In this document: piece by piece, positions 48,234 to 62,258 of the stretch | Numbering within the stretch: position 1 is the stretch's first letter | Layout: each line of letters starts with the position of its first letter | From: Malacoraja senta | Lineage: Eukaryota | NCBI GenBank assembly: GCA_038087875.1 | Contig: CM075999.1 | Location: 2,296,001-2,360,000, forward strand | DNA: 64,000 nucleotides | Direction: 5' to 3' | Position numbers and translations under genes: made by a program | Notes under the pieces: model-generated | The model's input: the letters and a program-made list of their open reading frames with translations, nothing else | What the model was told of the DNA's origin: nothing | Database searches by the model: none

Positions 48234-49800
48234 ACCTATCCACGTTCTCCAGAGATGCTGCCTGACCCGCTGAGTTACTCCAGCACTTTGTGTCTATCTT
48301 CAAGTGTCTTTTTAATCCTGTTGGGCAAGAAAGAACTGCAGATGCTAGTTTAAATCGAAGGTAGACACAAAATGCTGGAGTAACTCAGCGGGACAGGCAG
48401 CATCTCTGGGGAGAAGGAATGGGCGACGTTTCGGGTCGAGAACCTTCTTCCCCTGACATCAGTCTGAAGAAGGGTCTCGACCCGAAACGTTGCCTATTCC
48501 TTCTCTTTTAAATCCCGTTGTTGTACCTGCTTCAACTACCTCCCATGGAAACTCCCTCTCCATATGCCCACCCACCTGACTCTGAGTGAAAAGATGCCTA
48601 TCACACCTTGCCCCTCTCACCTTCAATCTATGAACTCTCGTTCATGGTTCCCCTATTCTGGGTAAGAGACTCCGCAAATTGCTGGAGTATCTCAACGGGT
48701 CAGGCAGCCTCTGCAGAGGAAAATGGACAGGACACGTTTCAGATCAAGGTCCTTCAGAGACCAATAGGGAGGTATAGATAACGGTTTGGTTACGGTATAG
48801 GATGGCAGAGCAGTTTTGAAGGGCCAGCTGTTCATAGGTTCGTAAATGATAGGGGCAGAATTAGGCCATTCGGCCCATCAAGTCTACTCCGCCATTCAAT
48901 CATGGCTGATCTATCTCTCCCTCCTAACCACATTCTCCTGCCCTCTCCCCATAACCCCTGACACCCATACTAATCAAGAATCTATCTATCTCTTCCTTGC
49001 AAATATCCATTGACTTGGCCTCCACAGCCGTCTGTGGCAAAGAATCCCACAGATTCACCACCCTCTGACAAAATTAATTTCTCCTCATCTCCTTCATAGA
49101 TACATAGATACATAGAAAATAGGTGCAGGAGTAGACCATTCGGCCTTTCGAGCCTGCACCGCCATTCAATATGATCATGGCTGATCATCCAACTCAGTAT
49201 CCTGTACCTGCCTTCTCTCCATACCCCCTGATCCCTTTAGCCACAAGGGCCACATCTAACTCCCTCTTAAATATAGCCAATGAACTGGCCTTCCTTCCTA
49301 AAGGAACGTCCTGTAATTCTGAGGCTGTGACCTCTAGTCCTAGACTCTCCCACTAATGGGAACATCCTCTCCACATCCACTCTATCCAGGCCTTTCACTA
49401 TGCGGTAAATTTCAATGAGGTTCCCCCCCCCTCATTCTGCTCAACTCCAGCGAGTACAGGCCCATTGCCGTCAAACACTCATCGTATGTTAACCCACTCA
49501 TTCCTGGGATAATTTTTGTAAAGTTCGTTTTTTCTGCAGGTCGGGGCCATTTAGCAGTGCTCCCCCAATGGCAGAAGCACAGAAATAACCATATTCTGTA
49601 TCGACAGTGTCACTCAGTACACACTGACACACATTTGCATGTTCTTGAACATGTAACACTGCAAGCATCCAAGATTCAGTTGTGATTAAATGTCAGGGCT
49701 GTCAGACTTGGATCCCCGCGTAGGTCAAAGTGCCATCCAAGTAATCAATTGAGACAGCTCAGTGCGGGCTTCAGAAACCACTCCTCATACTTTGGAAGAA

Positions 49801-49985
49801 GTGTGTGTGTGTTTGTGTGTCTGTGTCTGTGTGTGTGTGAGTGTGTGTGTTTGTGTCTGTGTGTGTGTATGCGTGTGTGTGTGTGTGTGCGTGCGTTTGT
49901 GTTTGTGTCTGTGTGTGTGTATGCGTGTGTCTGTGTGTGTGTGCGTGCGTTTGTGTGTTTGTGTCTGTGTGTGTGTGTGCGCGCA

Positions 49986-50016
<31 letters not shown>

Positions 50017-50571
50017 GGGTGCATGTGTGTGTGTGTGTATATAGGTGTGCGTGTGCATGTGTGTGTGTGTTTGTGTCTGTGTGTGTGCACGCATGTGTGT
50101 GTGTCTGTGTGTGTGTGTGTGCGTCTGTCTGTCTGTCTGTGTGTTTGTGTCTGTGTGTGCGTGTGTGTGTGTCTGTGTGTGTATATGCGTGTGTGTGTGT
50201 GTGTGTTTGTGTCTGTGTGTGTGCGTGCGTTTGTGTCTGTGTGTGTATGTGTGTGTCTGTGTGTGTGTGCACGCATGTGTGTCTGTGTGTGTGTGTGCGT
50301 CTGTCTGTGTGTTTGTGTCTGTGTGTGCGTGTGTGTGTCTGTGTGTGTGTCTGTGTCCATGTGTGCATGTGTGTGTGCATGTGTGTGTGTTTGTGTGTGC
50401 GTGTGTGTCGGTGCATGTGTGTGTGTGTGTATATATGTGTGCGTGTGCATGTGTGTATATGTGTGTGTGTGTGCATGTGCATGTGTGTGTGGGTGTGTGC
50501 GTGTGTGTGTGTATATGTGTGCGTGTGCATGTGTGTGTGTGCGCATGTGTGTGTGCATGTGTGTGTGTGTG

Positions 50572-50620
<49 letters not shown>

Positions 50621-50690
50621 GTGTGTGTGCGTGTGTGTGTGTGTGCGTGTGCGTGTGTGTGTGTGTGCGTGTGCGTGTATGCGTGTGTTT
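49801..50690. repeat. Long degenerate (TG)n microsatellite
   Basis: About 890 bp of interrupted TG repeats. Confidence 0.97.
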
Positions 50691-51288
50691 ATTCATGTTT
50701 CTAGACTCTGATTTGCTTCTCTCAGTTGTAGAAGAAACATATGAGCCTCAGTTCAGTAAATGTTCTGACATTTGAAGAGATTAAATAAAACCCATTGATG
50801 CTGTATATTTACTGGAAGAAAGAAATAGATTTCCCCCCCCCACCTACACATTACTCTAGTTTAGTTTTGAGATATAGCATGGAAACAGGCCCTTCGGCCC
50901 GCCAAGTGGGCCAACATAGAACCAGTGTGAATGGGTGATCGATGGTTGGCGTGGACTCGGTGGGCCGAAGGGCCTGTTTCCGTGCGGTACCTCTATACTA
51001 CACCAAACTAACTTCAAGCGTGAGGGCAGGATTGCCAGATTTCAAGAATCAGCAGTGTTGGATTGTCATGTGTCAAGAAACGGAACAATAGAATTCTTCC
51101 TTGCAGTGGCACAACAGGTCTGTAAACATGGCGGTCAGTAGACATCGCAATAAATAACAAAAAGATGTCCATTAAATTAAAAAGAACAATGTGGTGCCTA
51201 AACTAAAACACAGCCTGAAGTTCCCCAGTTTGAAGTTCAGAGTCATTCGTTCATTCGGTCGAATGATGATTATTGAGAAGAAGCTTTA

Positions 51289-51523
51289 AGGGCCTGTCCC
51301 ACTTACCGATTTTTTCGGCGACTGCCGGCCTCATATCAGTGTCGCCAAAAGATTTTGAACGTTTCAAAATCCAGCGGCGACAAGAAAATGTTGCGACACT
51401 TGAATAAACACTGCGCGTCAATACGTCATCGCGCCGCGTCACGCCGCGTATTTTTCAGTGACCTGATACCCCAGTCAATGATGCCGGCAGTCGCTGAAAA
51501 AATCGCCAAGTGGGACGTGCCCG
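51289..51523. mobile_element. PIF/Harbinger-type MITE, family D
   Basis: TIRs gggcctgtcccacttaccgatt / aatcgccaagtgggacgtgccc; TSD tta at 51286-51288 and 51524-51526. Confidence 0.78.
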
Positions 51524-52300
51524 TTAGACTTTAGAGATACAGCACAGAAACTGGCCCTTCGGCCCATCGAGTCCACGCCAACCAGACAAGTTTTTGGATC
51601 GCCGGCATTCCTCCCGGAAGAGGTTGCGAAGGAGGTCATAAGTTCATAAGTGACAGGAGCAGAATTAGGCCATTCGGCCCATCAAGTCTACGCCACCATT
51701 CAATCATGGCTGATCTATCTCTCCCTGTCAACCCCATTCTCCTGCCTTCTCCCCATAACCTCTGACACCCGTACTGATCAAGAATCTATCTATCTCTGCT
51801 TTATAAATATCTATTGTCTTGGTCTCCACAGCCGTCTGTGGCAATGAATTCCACAGATTCACCGCCTTCATTCCTCCTCATCTAATTCCTAAAGGAATGT
51901 CCTTTAATTCTGAGGCTATGACCTCTGGTCCGACTGAAAACATCCTCTCCACATCCACTCTGTCCAAGCCTTTCGCTGGTGACGGTCTCTTCCCCTACCC
52001 TGGGTAAAGGACTGTGCATTCACCCTATCAATTCCTCTTATGACTAGAAACACCTCTATAAGATCACACCCTAGCCTTGTGCAGTCCAGGAACAAAGTCC
52101 TAGACTGCACAAACTCCCTATAGCTCAGGCACTTAAATCTTGGTAAACCTCTGCACGCCCTCCATAGAAACATAGAAAATAGGTGCAGGAGGAGGCCATT
52201 TGGCCATTCGGCTCTTCGAGTCAGCACCGCCATTCAATATGATCATGGCTGATCATCCAAAATCAGCTCCCCGCTTTTCAGCCTTAAGAGCTGAATCTAA

Positions 52301-52629
52301 TAGCCCTGTCCCACGGTACGAGTTCATTCCAAGAGCTTTCCCGAATTTAAAAAAAATCAAACTGGTGGTAAGCATGGAGAATGAACGTAGCGGGTACGTC
52401 GGAGCTCGGGGACGTCTCTTAGCGGCTCGTAACGTTAACGGCAGGTACTCGGGAAGACTCGCTAATGGCGGGAAAGCACGGGAAGACTCGTGAAGATTTT
52501 TCAACATGTTGAAAAATGTCCACGAGAGCCCCGAGTACCTGTGAGCGGCCATTACCATAAATCTCCGAGTTCGAATCAGGACTAACTCGGGAGAGCTCTT
52601 GGAATGAACTCGTACCGTGGGACAGGGCT
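52301..52629. mobile_element. PIF/Harbinger-type MITE, family B (opposite orientation to 22871-23178)
   Basis: Long TIRs agccctgtcccacggtacgagttcattccaagag; taa on both sides; interrupts a CR1 fragment. Confidence 0.85.
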
Positions 52630-55074
52630 TAACTCTCAACTCTCTCTTGAAAACATCCAGCGAATTGACCTCCACTGCCTTCTGTGGCAGAGAATTCCAC
52701 GGATTCACAACTCTCTGGGTGAAAAACGTTTTTCCTCATCTCAGTCCTAAATGGCCGACCCCTTATTCTCAATTCTCCAGCTTCACTGATGACTTTCAAG
52801 TCTTTCCTTGTAAATGTGATGGGTTTAACTGGAAATCGTGTCGACTCAAGGGTGGACAACAAAAAACTGCTCGATTCAACATCCTGCAGGAATTCTGCCA
52901 GGGTCTGCACCCAGGACAGCCTGTAATTGTGCAACAGAATTAGTCATTGTGCAGTTATCCATCTATTCCTGAGTGGCTGGTCAGAGGGTTATATTTAGGA
53001 TGCTGCCTCATATGTTGGCTGCAGCAAAGTTCAGTAAGTTTTCTCACCACATCAGCCCGTCAACAATGTCTCTCATCGGGAGGGTTTAGATTTTAGACTT
53101 TCCTTTAGACTTTAAAGATACAGTGCGGAAACAGGTCCTTCAGCCCACCGAGTCCACGCTGACCAGCGATACACTCGCGCTACCCTACACACTAGTGACC
53201 AATTTACAACTTTGCCGAAGCCAAATAACCTACAAACCTGCACGTCTTTGGAATGTGGGAGGAAACCCTGACTTAGTTCAGGTGTATAAGGTCATGAGGG
53301 GAATAGATAGGGTGAATGTACAGTCTTTTTCCCAGTGTAGGGGAATCAACAACTAGAAGACATGGGTTTATGGTGATGGAGGAAAGATTTAGACAATAGA
53401 CAATAGACAATAGGTGCAGGAATAGACCATTCGGCCCTTCGAGCCAGCACCGCCATTCAACGTGAACATGGCTGATCATCCACAATCAGTACCCCGTTCC
53501 TGCCTTCTCCCCATATCCCCTGACTCCGCTATCTTTAAGAGCCCTATCTAGCTCTCTCTTGAAAGTATCCAGAGAGCCAGCCTCCACCGCCCTCTGAGGC
53601 AGAGAATTCCACAGACTCACAACTCTCTGTGTGAAAAAGTGTTTCCTCATCTCCATTCTAAACGCCTTATTCTTAAACTGTGGCCCCTGGTTCTGGACTC
53701 CCCCAACATCGGGAACCTGAAAGGCAGCTTTTTTTACACAAAGGGCGGTGGGTGTACGGAACGAGCTGCCGGGGGGGGGGGGGGGGGGGGGGGGGAGGAG
53801 GGGGGGGGGAGGAAGTTAAGGAGAGTGTTATCACCTCATTTAAAAATAATTTGGACAGGTAGATGGATAGGGACAGGTTTAGAGGGATATGGCCCAAACG
53901 CAGGCAGGTGGGACTAGTGTAGATGGGACCTGTTGGTCGGTGTGGGTAAATTGAGCCGAAGGGCCTGTTTCCACGCTGTATCACTCTATGACTCCGTAAC
54001 GGCAGGTACTCACATCTACATCTGTTTCTCTCTGTAATTGTCGCCAGTCAACATTTTGTGGGGGAAACGTATGATTAAGATGTTTACATTTTGACTGCAA
54101 TTCTGAGAAATCGAACATTTAAAAAAAATTGATTTAGACTCTTGCTTTCAATTCTGAAGCGTAGAAGAGATGGGAAGCAATTTTCAAGAGTAGGTTTTGA
54201 GCAGAGCTAGTGGATATTCAATTATGTTGTATAATCCAATATATTTGGGAGATTATACATGGTAAATATTGCTGTCATGCTTAACGAATTTTGAGAATAA
54301 TGGTTTTTGAAATCCACTCTATCTTTGTGACATCTTTGATGGCTTTAGTGACTGGATGGTGCTTTTCCCCGATGTCTATATAGGGCTGGATTGTTAAAGC
54401 ATTAACTTACAAATGGGCACAGAAATGTCACAAAACAGCACGTGTTCCTTCAGAAGAATTCCTCCGTCCATTTGCGAGAGTAGGAATGAGAGTATAACTC
54501 AAAACTGATGAGTATGATCATCCATTTTGGGTGAATCCCGGTGATTCACAGAGGAAGAGAACTTAACTTTTTGATGCCTTTCCCCACAGTGGAAAATTTT
54601 GATTCTGTTGTGGGGGGACGTTTATGTTGAATTCTATAATGTGTTATGTCATTTTTCTTATTTTTAATTTTTTCTATGGATGTACGGAAACGTTATTATT
54701 TCTTTTATGTAAAGCACTTTGGTTTCAACGCAAGTTGATTTAAACGTGCTATATAAATAATATTTACTTTACTTACTAAATCCATTTAATCTATCTACAT
54801 TGGATTAGACTGAACATAAGGCACCAAAACAGGCCATTTGTTTAAGATAGACACAAAGGGCCTTAGTAACTCAGCGGGTCAGGCAGCATCTCTGGAGAGA
54901 AAGGAATAGGTGACGCTTCATGTCGGGACCCTTCTCAGTCTGAAGAAGTGCCACTTCTTTATCCACTTCTCCACAGATGCTGCCTGACCTGCTGAGTTAC
55001 TCCAGCACTTGGTGTCTTGGTGTCTTGGTATAAACCAGCATCTGCAGTTTCTTTGTTTCTACATCTGTTTAGTT

Positions 55075-55305
55075 AAGTTCAGTGTAGTTTAGTTTAGAGA
55101 TACAGCATGGAAACAGGCCCTTCGGCCCAGCGAGTCCATGCTGACCAGCGATCTCCCCGTACACTAGTTCTACCCCGCAATTTACAGAAGCCAATTAACC
55201 TACAAACCTGTACGTCTTTGAAGTGTGGGAGGAAACCAGAGCCCGTGGAGAAAACTGGGTCTCTGGCGCTGTAAGGCAGCAACTCTACCGCTGCGCCACC
55301 GTGCC
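55075..55305 (-). mobile_element. V-SINE (HE1-like), internally deleted
   Basis: Head, V-domain and tail present; middle missing. Confidence 0.8.
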
Positions 55306-55805
55306 TTCGTGAGAAAAATATAAATGAGGGACTTGCCCTTATTTTTTCCGAGAGTCTAATTCTTGGAAGAATCTTCTGTATGCACCAATTTGATATCCAG
55401 TTTCAATGGCAAGATGAGATTTCATGTCACAGAGTCATAAAATCACAAGATCATAAGTAATAGGAGCAGAATAGGCCATTCGGCCCATCAAGTCTACTCT
55501 GCCATTCAATCATGGCTGATCTATCTCTCCCTCCTAACCCCATTCTCCTGTCTTCTCCCCATAACCTCTGACAGGCTCAGAGTCGTACAGCATGGAAACA
55601 GGCCCTTCGGCCCAACTTGCCCACACCGACCAACCTGTCCCACCTACACTAGTCCCGCCTCTCTGTATTTCGCCAATGTTCCTCTAAACCTGTCCTATCC
55701 ATGTACCTGCCTAAATGTTTCTTAAACGTTGCGATAGAACCTGCCTCAACTACCTCCTCCAGCAGCTCCACCACCCTTTGCGTGAAAAAGTTACTCCTCA
55801 GATTA

Positions 55806-57638
55806 CATAGATACATTTTAGCCACAAGGGCCACATCTAACTCCCTCTTAAATATAGCCAATGAACTGGCCTCAACTACCCTCTGTGGCAGAGAGTTCCA
55901 GAGATTCACCACTCTCTGTGTGAAAAAGTTTTTTCTCATCTCGGTCTTAAAGGATTTCCCCCTTATCCTTAAGCTGTGACCCCTTGTCCTGGACTTCCCC
56001 AACATCGGGAACAATCTTCCTGCATCTAGCCTGTCCAACCCCATAAGAATTTTGTACGTTTCTATAAGATCCCCTCTCAATCTCCTAAATTCTAGCGAGT
56101 ATAAGCCAAGTCTATCCAGTCTTTCTTCATATGAAAGTCCTGACATCTCAGGAATCAGTCTGGTGAACCTTCTCTGTACTCCCTCTATGGCTATAATGTC
56201 CTTCCTCAGATTAGGAGAACAAAACTGTAAGCAATACTCCAGGTGTGGTCTCACCAAGACACTGTACAACTGCAGTAGAACCTCCCTGCTCCTATACTCA
56301 AATCCTTTTGCTATGAAAGCTAACATACCATTCGCTTTCTTCACTGCCTGCTGCACCTGCATGCCTGCTTTCAATGACTGGTGTACCATGACACCCAGGT
56401 CTCGCTGCATCTCCCCTTTTCCTAATCGACCACCATTTAGATAATAGTCTGCTTTCCTGTTTTTGCCACCAAAGTGGATAACCTCACATTTATCCACATT
56501 ATACTGCATCTGCCAAACATTTGCCCACTCACCCAGCCTATCCAAGTCACCTTGCTGTCTCCTAGCATCCTCCTCACAGCTAACACTGCCCCCCAACTTA
56601 GTGTCATCTGCAAACTTGGAGATGTTGCCTTCAATTCCCTCATCCAGCTCATTAATATAAATTGTAAATAGCTGGGGTCCCAGCACTGAGCCTTGCGGTA
56701 CCCCACTAGTCACTGCCTGCCATTGTGAAAATGACCCGTTTACTCCTACTCTTTGCTTCCTGTTTGCCAGCCAGTTCTCTATCCACATCAATACTGAACC
56801 CCCAATACCGTGTGCTTTAAGTTTGTTTACTAATCTCTTATGTGGGACCTTGTCGAAAGCCTTCTGAAAGTCCAGATACAACACATCCACTGGTTCTCCC
56901 CTATCCACTCTACTAGTTACATCCTCGAAAAATTCTATAAGATTCGTCAGACATGATTTACCTTTCGTAAATCCATGCTGACTTTGTCCAATGATTTCAC
57001 CACTTTCCAAATGTGCTGCTATCCCATCTTTAATAACTGACTCTAGCAGTTTCCCCACTACCGACGTTAGACTAACTGGTCTGTAATTCCCCGTTTTCTC
57101 TCTCCCTCCCTTCTTAAAAAGTGGGGTTACGTTTGCTACCAATCCTCAGGAACTACTCCAGAATCTAAAGAGTTTTGAAAAATTATCACTAATGCATCCA
57201 CTATTTCTGGAGCTACTTCCTTAAGTGCTCTGGGATGCAGCCTATCTGGCCCTGGTGATTTATCGGCCTTTAATCCATTCAATTTACCCAACACCACTTC
57301 CCGACTAACCTGGATTTCACTCAGTTCCTCCATCTCCTTTGACCCACGGTCCCCTGCTATTTCCGGCAGATTATTTATGTCTTCCTTAGTGAAGACGGAA
57401 CCAAAGTAGTTATTCAATTGGTCCGCCATATCCTTGTTCCCCATGATCAATTCACCTGTTTCTGACTGCTAGGGACCTACATTTGTTTTAACTAATCTCT
57501 TTCTCTTCACATATCTATAAAAACTTTTGCAGTCAGTTTTTATGTTCCCTGCCAGTTTTCTTTCATAATCTATTTTCCCTTTCCTAATTAAGCCCTTTGT
57601 CCTCCTCTGCTGGTCTCTGAATTTTGTCCCAGTCCTCT
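55806..57638 (-). mobile_element. 5'-truncated CR1 LINE with largely intact RT domain
   Basis: Motifs NYRPVSLTS, DFQKAFDKV, GVPQGSVLGP, FADD; frameshift near 57138 and a stop near 57469; sits inside an older CR1 fragment. Confidence 0.96.
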
Positions 57639-57725
57639 GGGAGAAATTCCTACTAAATCTTTCCCCCACACCTTAACCCTATAGTACTCACTTCCCCTAC
57701 TCTGGGCCAGAGACTCCGTAGTCTG

Positions 57726-57966
57726 AAATGCTGGAGAAACTCAGCGGGTGTAGCAGCATCCATGGAGCGAAGGAAATAGGCAACGTTTCGGCCCGAAACC
57801 CTTCCAGGTTTCGGCCCGTAACGTTACCTATTTCCTTCCTGAAGGGTTTCGGCCCGAAACGTTGCCTATTTCCTTCGCTCCATAGATGCTGCTGCACCCG
57901 CTGAGTTTCTCCAGCATTTTTGTCTACCTTCGATTTTCCAGCATCTGCAGTTCTTTCTTAAACAAA
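57726..57966. mobile_element. PLE-derived palindromic element
   Basis: Inverted arms; 15-bp TSD agactccgtagtctg at 57711-57725 and 57967-57981. Confidence 0.87.
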
Positions 57967-59689
57967 AGACTCCGTAGTCTGCCGGGTCTCATGATTTTGC
58001 ACACCTCCATAAGATCAAGTGTCACGGACACTTTATATCTAACTTTTGAAGGAGATAATTTGACAAATATTCTGAAAGGAAGGAAATGTAAAAGCTAGTA
58101 ACATTTGTGGAATATATATATCTGCTTGTCTTCATTGGGGCATTGGGAACACGAGTCACAGACTCATGATACAGCTCTCTAGGGCTTTGGTTAGGCCACA
58201 TTCGGAGTATTGCGTGCAGTTCTGGTCGTCCCATTACAGGAAGGATGTGAAGCCTTTGGAGACGGTGCAGAGGAGGTAGACCAGAATACTGCCTGGATTA
58301 GCTAGGGTAGGGGGTATTACAACCGGGCGAGGTTGGACAAATTTGGACCGTTTTCTTTGGAACACCGGAGTTTGAGGGGAGGCCTGAGAGAAGTGAATAA
58401 AATTATGAAAAGCATCGACTCGGAATCTTTTTCCGCAGGATGGAAATATCAAACACTAGAGGTCATAGCTTTAAGGAGAGAGGGGCAAAGTTTAAAGGAG
58501 ATGTGCGGGGCAGGTTTGGATGGGGTGGGTGTCTGGAACGTGCTGCCAAGGGTGGTGGTGGAGGCTGATACGATGGTGGCGTTCACAGGGAATGGAGGGA
58601 TATGGATTGCATGCAGGTCTTGGCTTCTCGTAGTGGCGAATCTGTGGAATTCATTGGCACCGACGGCTGTTGGAGGCCATTAATAGATATTTTTAAGGCA
58701 GAGATTGGCTGATTTTTGGTGGGTTGAGACGAGAGTCGATTTCCAAAATCAGTTTTATTAACAAAATGACGAAATCAGCGGAGTAACACAACACAGCCAA
58801 TACAAAGGTCAAAGCACAACGGTGGTCGAGAACGACTAAAAGGGGCATCGCCCAGAAAGCACGCGAACACAAACCCCTCCCCATAGTCACGCGACTGAAG
58901 CACCTGACCGCAGGGTTCGATTACCTGCGGGCACCAGCAGGTGCCGCTACAGATTCTTGATTAGTACGGGTGTCAGGGGTTACGGGGAGAAGGCAGGAGA
59001 ATGGGGTTGAGAGGGAGGGATAGATCAGCCATGATTGAATGGTCCCAATCAATGAAGGCAAGCATACGTATTTGACAAATTTGACTAGATTTTACCTCTC
59101 CTCACTTTCTCCGGGCGCTCCGGTTTCCTCCCACACCCCAAAGACGTTCAGATTTGTAGGTTAATTGGCTTCTGTGAATTGTCCCTAGTGTATGAGATAG
59201 AACTAGTGTACGGGGTGATCGCTGGTCAGCATGGACTCGGTGGGCCGAAGGGCCTGTTTCCATGCTGTATTTCTAAACTAAACTAAACTAATCTAAACGA
59301 TTGCCAAGAAATGATTAACTCATGGACATGTTTGCCACGGACATTGTGTGCCAAAGGGCAGTTCCGGGGCTGCACTAACCCATGTTCTAGGTTTATCATA
59401 ATGCTGAGAAATACCACAAATTAAAGAAGCATGTTCGGAACAGTATCAGCAAAAACGAAAATTTGACTTACAACAGCAATTTTCACTTCCCTTTTAAGTT
59501 GCCTTAAACCTCTCCGCAGCTAATGAAGTGCTGTTGACGTGTGGATAGTGCTGTGAGGTTGGAAATGTGGCAGATGCATGGATATGCACAAGAGGCAGCG
59601 GCAGATACCTGTGGAAGGGCAGAGGGGACCACGGCTCGGAAGCGATGGAGACCAGAAGACGGCAGAAGCTAAGGGTCAGGAACAAAAAA

Positions 59690-60046
59690 AAGATTATTAA
59701 GGGCTTGGACACGCTAGAGACAGGAAACATGTTGGGGGAGTCCAGAACCAGGGGCCACAGTTTAAGAATAAGGAGTAAGCCATTTAGAACGGAGACGAGG
59801 AAACACTTTTTCTCACAGAGAGTTGTGAGTCTGTGGAATTCTCTGCCTCAGAGGGCGGTGGAGGCCGGTTCTCTGGATACTTTCAAGAGAGAGTTAGATA
59901 GGGCTCTTAAAGATAGCGGAGTCAGGGGATATGGGGAGAAGACAGGAACGGGGTACTGATTGGGGATGATCAGCCATGATCACATTGAATGGCGGTGCTG
60001 GCTCGAAGGGCCGAATGGCCTACTCCTGCACCAATTGTCTATTGTC
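59690..60046 (+). mobile_element. CR1 LINE 3' fragment
   Basis: Peptide KIIKGLDTLETGN...GYGEKTGTGY* and 3'UTR. Confidence 0.9.
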
Positions 60047-61949
60047 CATGTAAAAAAAGACACAAAGCGCTGGAGTAACTCGGCGGGTCAGGCTGCATCT
60101 CTGGAGATACACACAAAGTCTTGGAGTAGCGCTTTTCACTGTACCTTGGTACACAAGACAAAAATAAATCCCAACCTAACCTAATATTTAGAAACAAGGA
60201 ACTGCAGATGCTGGTTACTCCACCACTCATAAGTTATAGGAGTAGAATTAGGCCATTCGGCCCATCGAGTCCACTCATGGCTGATCTCTGCCTCATAATC
60301 CCATTTTCCTGCCTTCTCCCCATAATCCTTGATACCCGTTCTAATCAAGAATTTGTCTATCTCTGCCTTACAAATATCCACTGACTTGTCCTCCACAGCC
60401 CTCTGTGACAATGAGTTCCACAGATTCACCAACCTCTGACAAAATAAATTCCTCTTCATCTCCTTCCTGAAGGAATATCTTACCCATCTCACCTCATGGA
60501 AGAAACGTTCAGAAGCCTGATAGCAGAGGGGAGGAAGCTATTCCTGATCCCAGGGTTTTAACGGGGTCTGCAGGGAACAATTCAAGATGACGCCTTCAGT
60601 GGCGGAGAATTCCACAGATTCACAACTCTCTTTCACCCAAGAGATGTGTGAATCTGTGGAATTCTCTGCCACAGAAGGCAGTGGAGGCCAACTCACTGGA
60701 TGTTTTCAAGAGAGAGTTAGATTTAGGTCTTAGGGCTAACGGAACCAAGGGATATGGGGAGAAAGCAGGAACGGGGTACTGATTTTAGATGATCAGTCAA
60801 AATCATATTGAATGGCGGTGCTGGCTCGAAGGGCCGAATGGCACCTATTTTTCTATGTTTCTATGTTTCTAATGGGGAAGACTAGGGGACTCAAAGCCAA
60901 AGTCAAAATCAAAGTCAATTTTATTCGTCACATACACCCGAAGGTGCAGTGATATGAATTTGCCAGCAGCGACACACTTAAAAAGGACACACAATACACA
61001 ATAAGATTTAACACAAACATCCACCACAGCATTCTTCACTGTGGTGGAAGGCAACAAAGTTCAGCCAGTCCTCTTCCTTGTTCACCGGTGGTCGGAGCCA
61101 TGAACGCTCCGTAGTCGCCGTTACGGACGGCCCGATGTACAGGCCCTCTCGTCGGGATGATTGAAACTCCGACTGCAGGGAACAATGTTCAAGATGGAGA
61201 AACCAATTTAAAATATATTTAATTTTTGATCAGTAGGCCTAGATGTGGACAGTTCCACAAAGTTGAACAATGAAACACGTCTTGCTTCCATCAAAATGGC
61301 ATCATTGGTCAATATTTACAATTAAAATGAATACAAACGTTTGCTGGGACAGAACTTCCATTTTAATGAGTATTTGGTCAAGGTGTCTGGGGCGGCCCAG
61401 TGGCGCAGCGGATAGAGCAGCTACCTCGCATGCTGTCTGTGTAGAGTTTGCGCGTTCTCCCTGTGGCCGCGTGGGTTTCCTTCGTGTGCTCCAGTATCCT
61501 CCCACATCACAAAGGCATGAGGGTCGGTGGAGTTAAGTGACCTTCAGACTGAAGAAGGGCCCTGACCCAAAATGTCACCTATCCATGGCCTTGAGAGATG
61601 GCACAAAGTGCTGGAGTAACTCAGCGGGTCAGGCAGCAACTCAGGAGAACATGGATAGACGGAATTGCAGGCCGAGACCCTTCTTCAGACTCCCGAGATG
61701 CTGCCTGAACCGCTGAGTTACTCCAGCCTTTTGTGTCCTTTTTTGAAAACCAGCAATTGCAGTTCCTTGTTTCTACAATTTATTTCACAATGGAGTGTCC
61801 TGTGCACAGTTTTCTCGTGACCATGTTGGAGTTATTAATGTAACGTAAGAATTACCAGTAGTGTGTGGCCACCAGATGACTGTGAATCTTAGCACCAGGA
61901 AACCAACAGTGCTCCTCATGGCAATTTTATATTCGAGTTAGGCAGTCTT

Positions 61950-62258
61950 TAGTTTAGTTTAGTTTAGAGATACAGCGCGGAAACACGCCCTTCAGCCTGC
62001 TGAGTCCGCGCCGACCAGCGAGCAACCCGTACAGGAGCACCATCCTACACACACCAGGGACAATTTACAATTCTTCCTGAAGCCACTTAACCGACAAACC
62101 TGTACGTCTTTGGAACGTGGGAGGAAACCGGAGCACCAGGAGGAAACCCACGCAGGTCACGGGGAGAACGTACAAACTCCGTACAGACAACACCCGTAGT
62201 CAGGATCGAACCCGGGTCTTTGGCTTCTGCAAAGCAGCAACTCTACCGCTGCGCCACC
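61950..62258 (-). mobile_element. V-SINE (HE1-like)
   Basis: Reverse complement of the SINE consensus. Confidence 0.87.

Noticed and set aside
49745..50775. Long Cys/Val- and His/Thr-rich ORFs of 200-340 aa
   Set aside because: Translations of the (TG)n microsatellite.
55649..57142. 497-aa ORF as a functional gene
   Set aside because: 5'-truncated CR1 ORF2 with no endonuclease domain, an upstream frameshift and stop, and a chimeric C-terminus.
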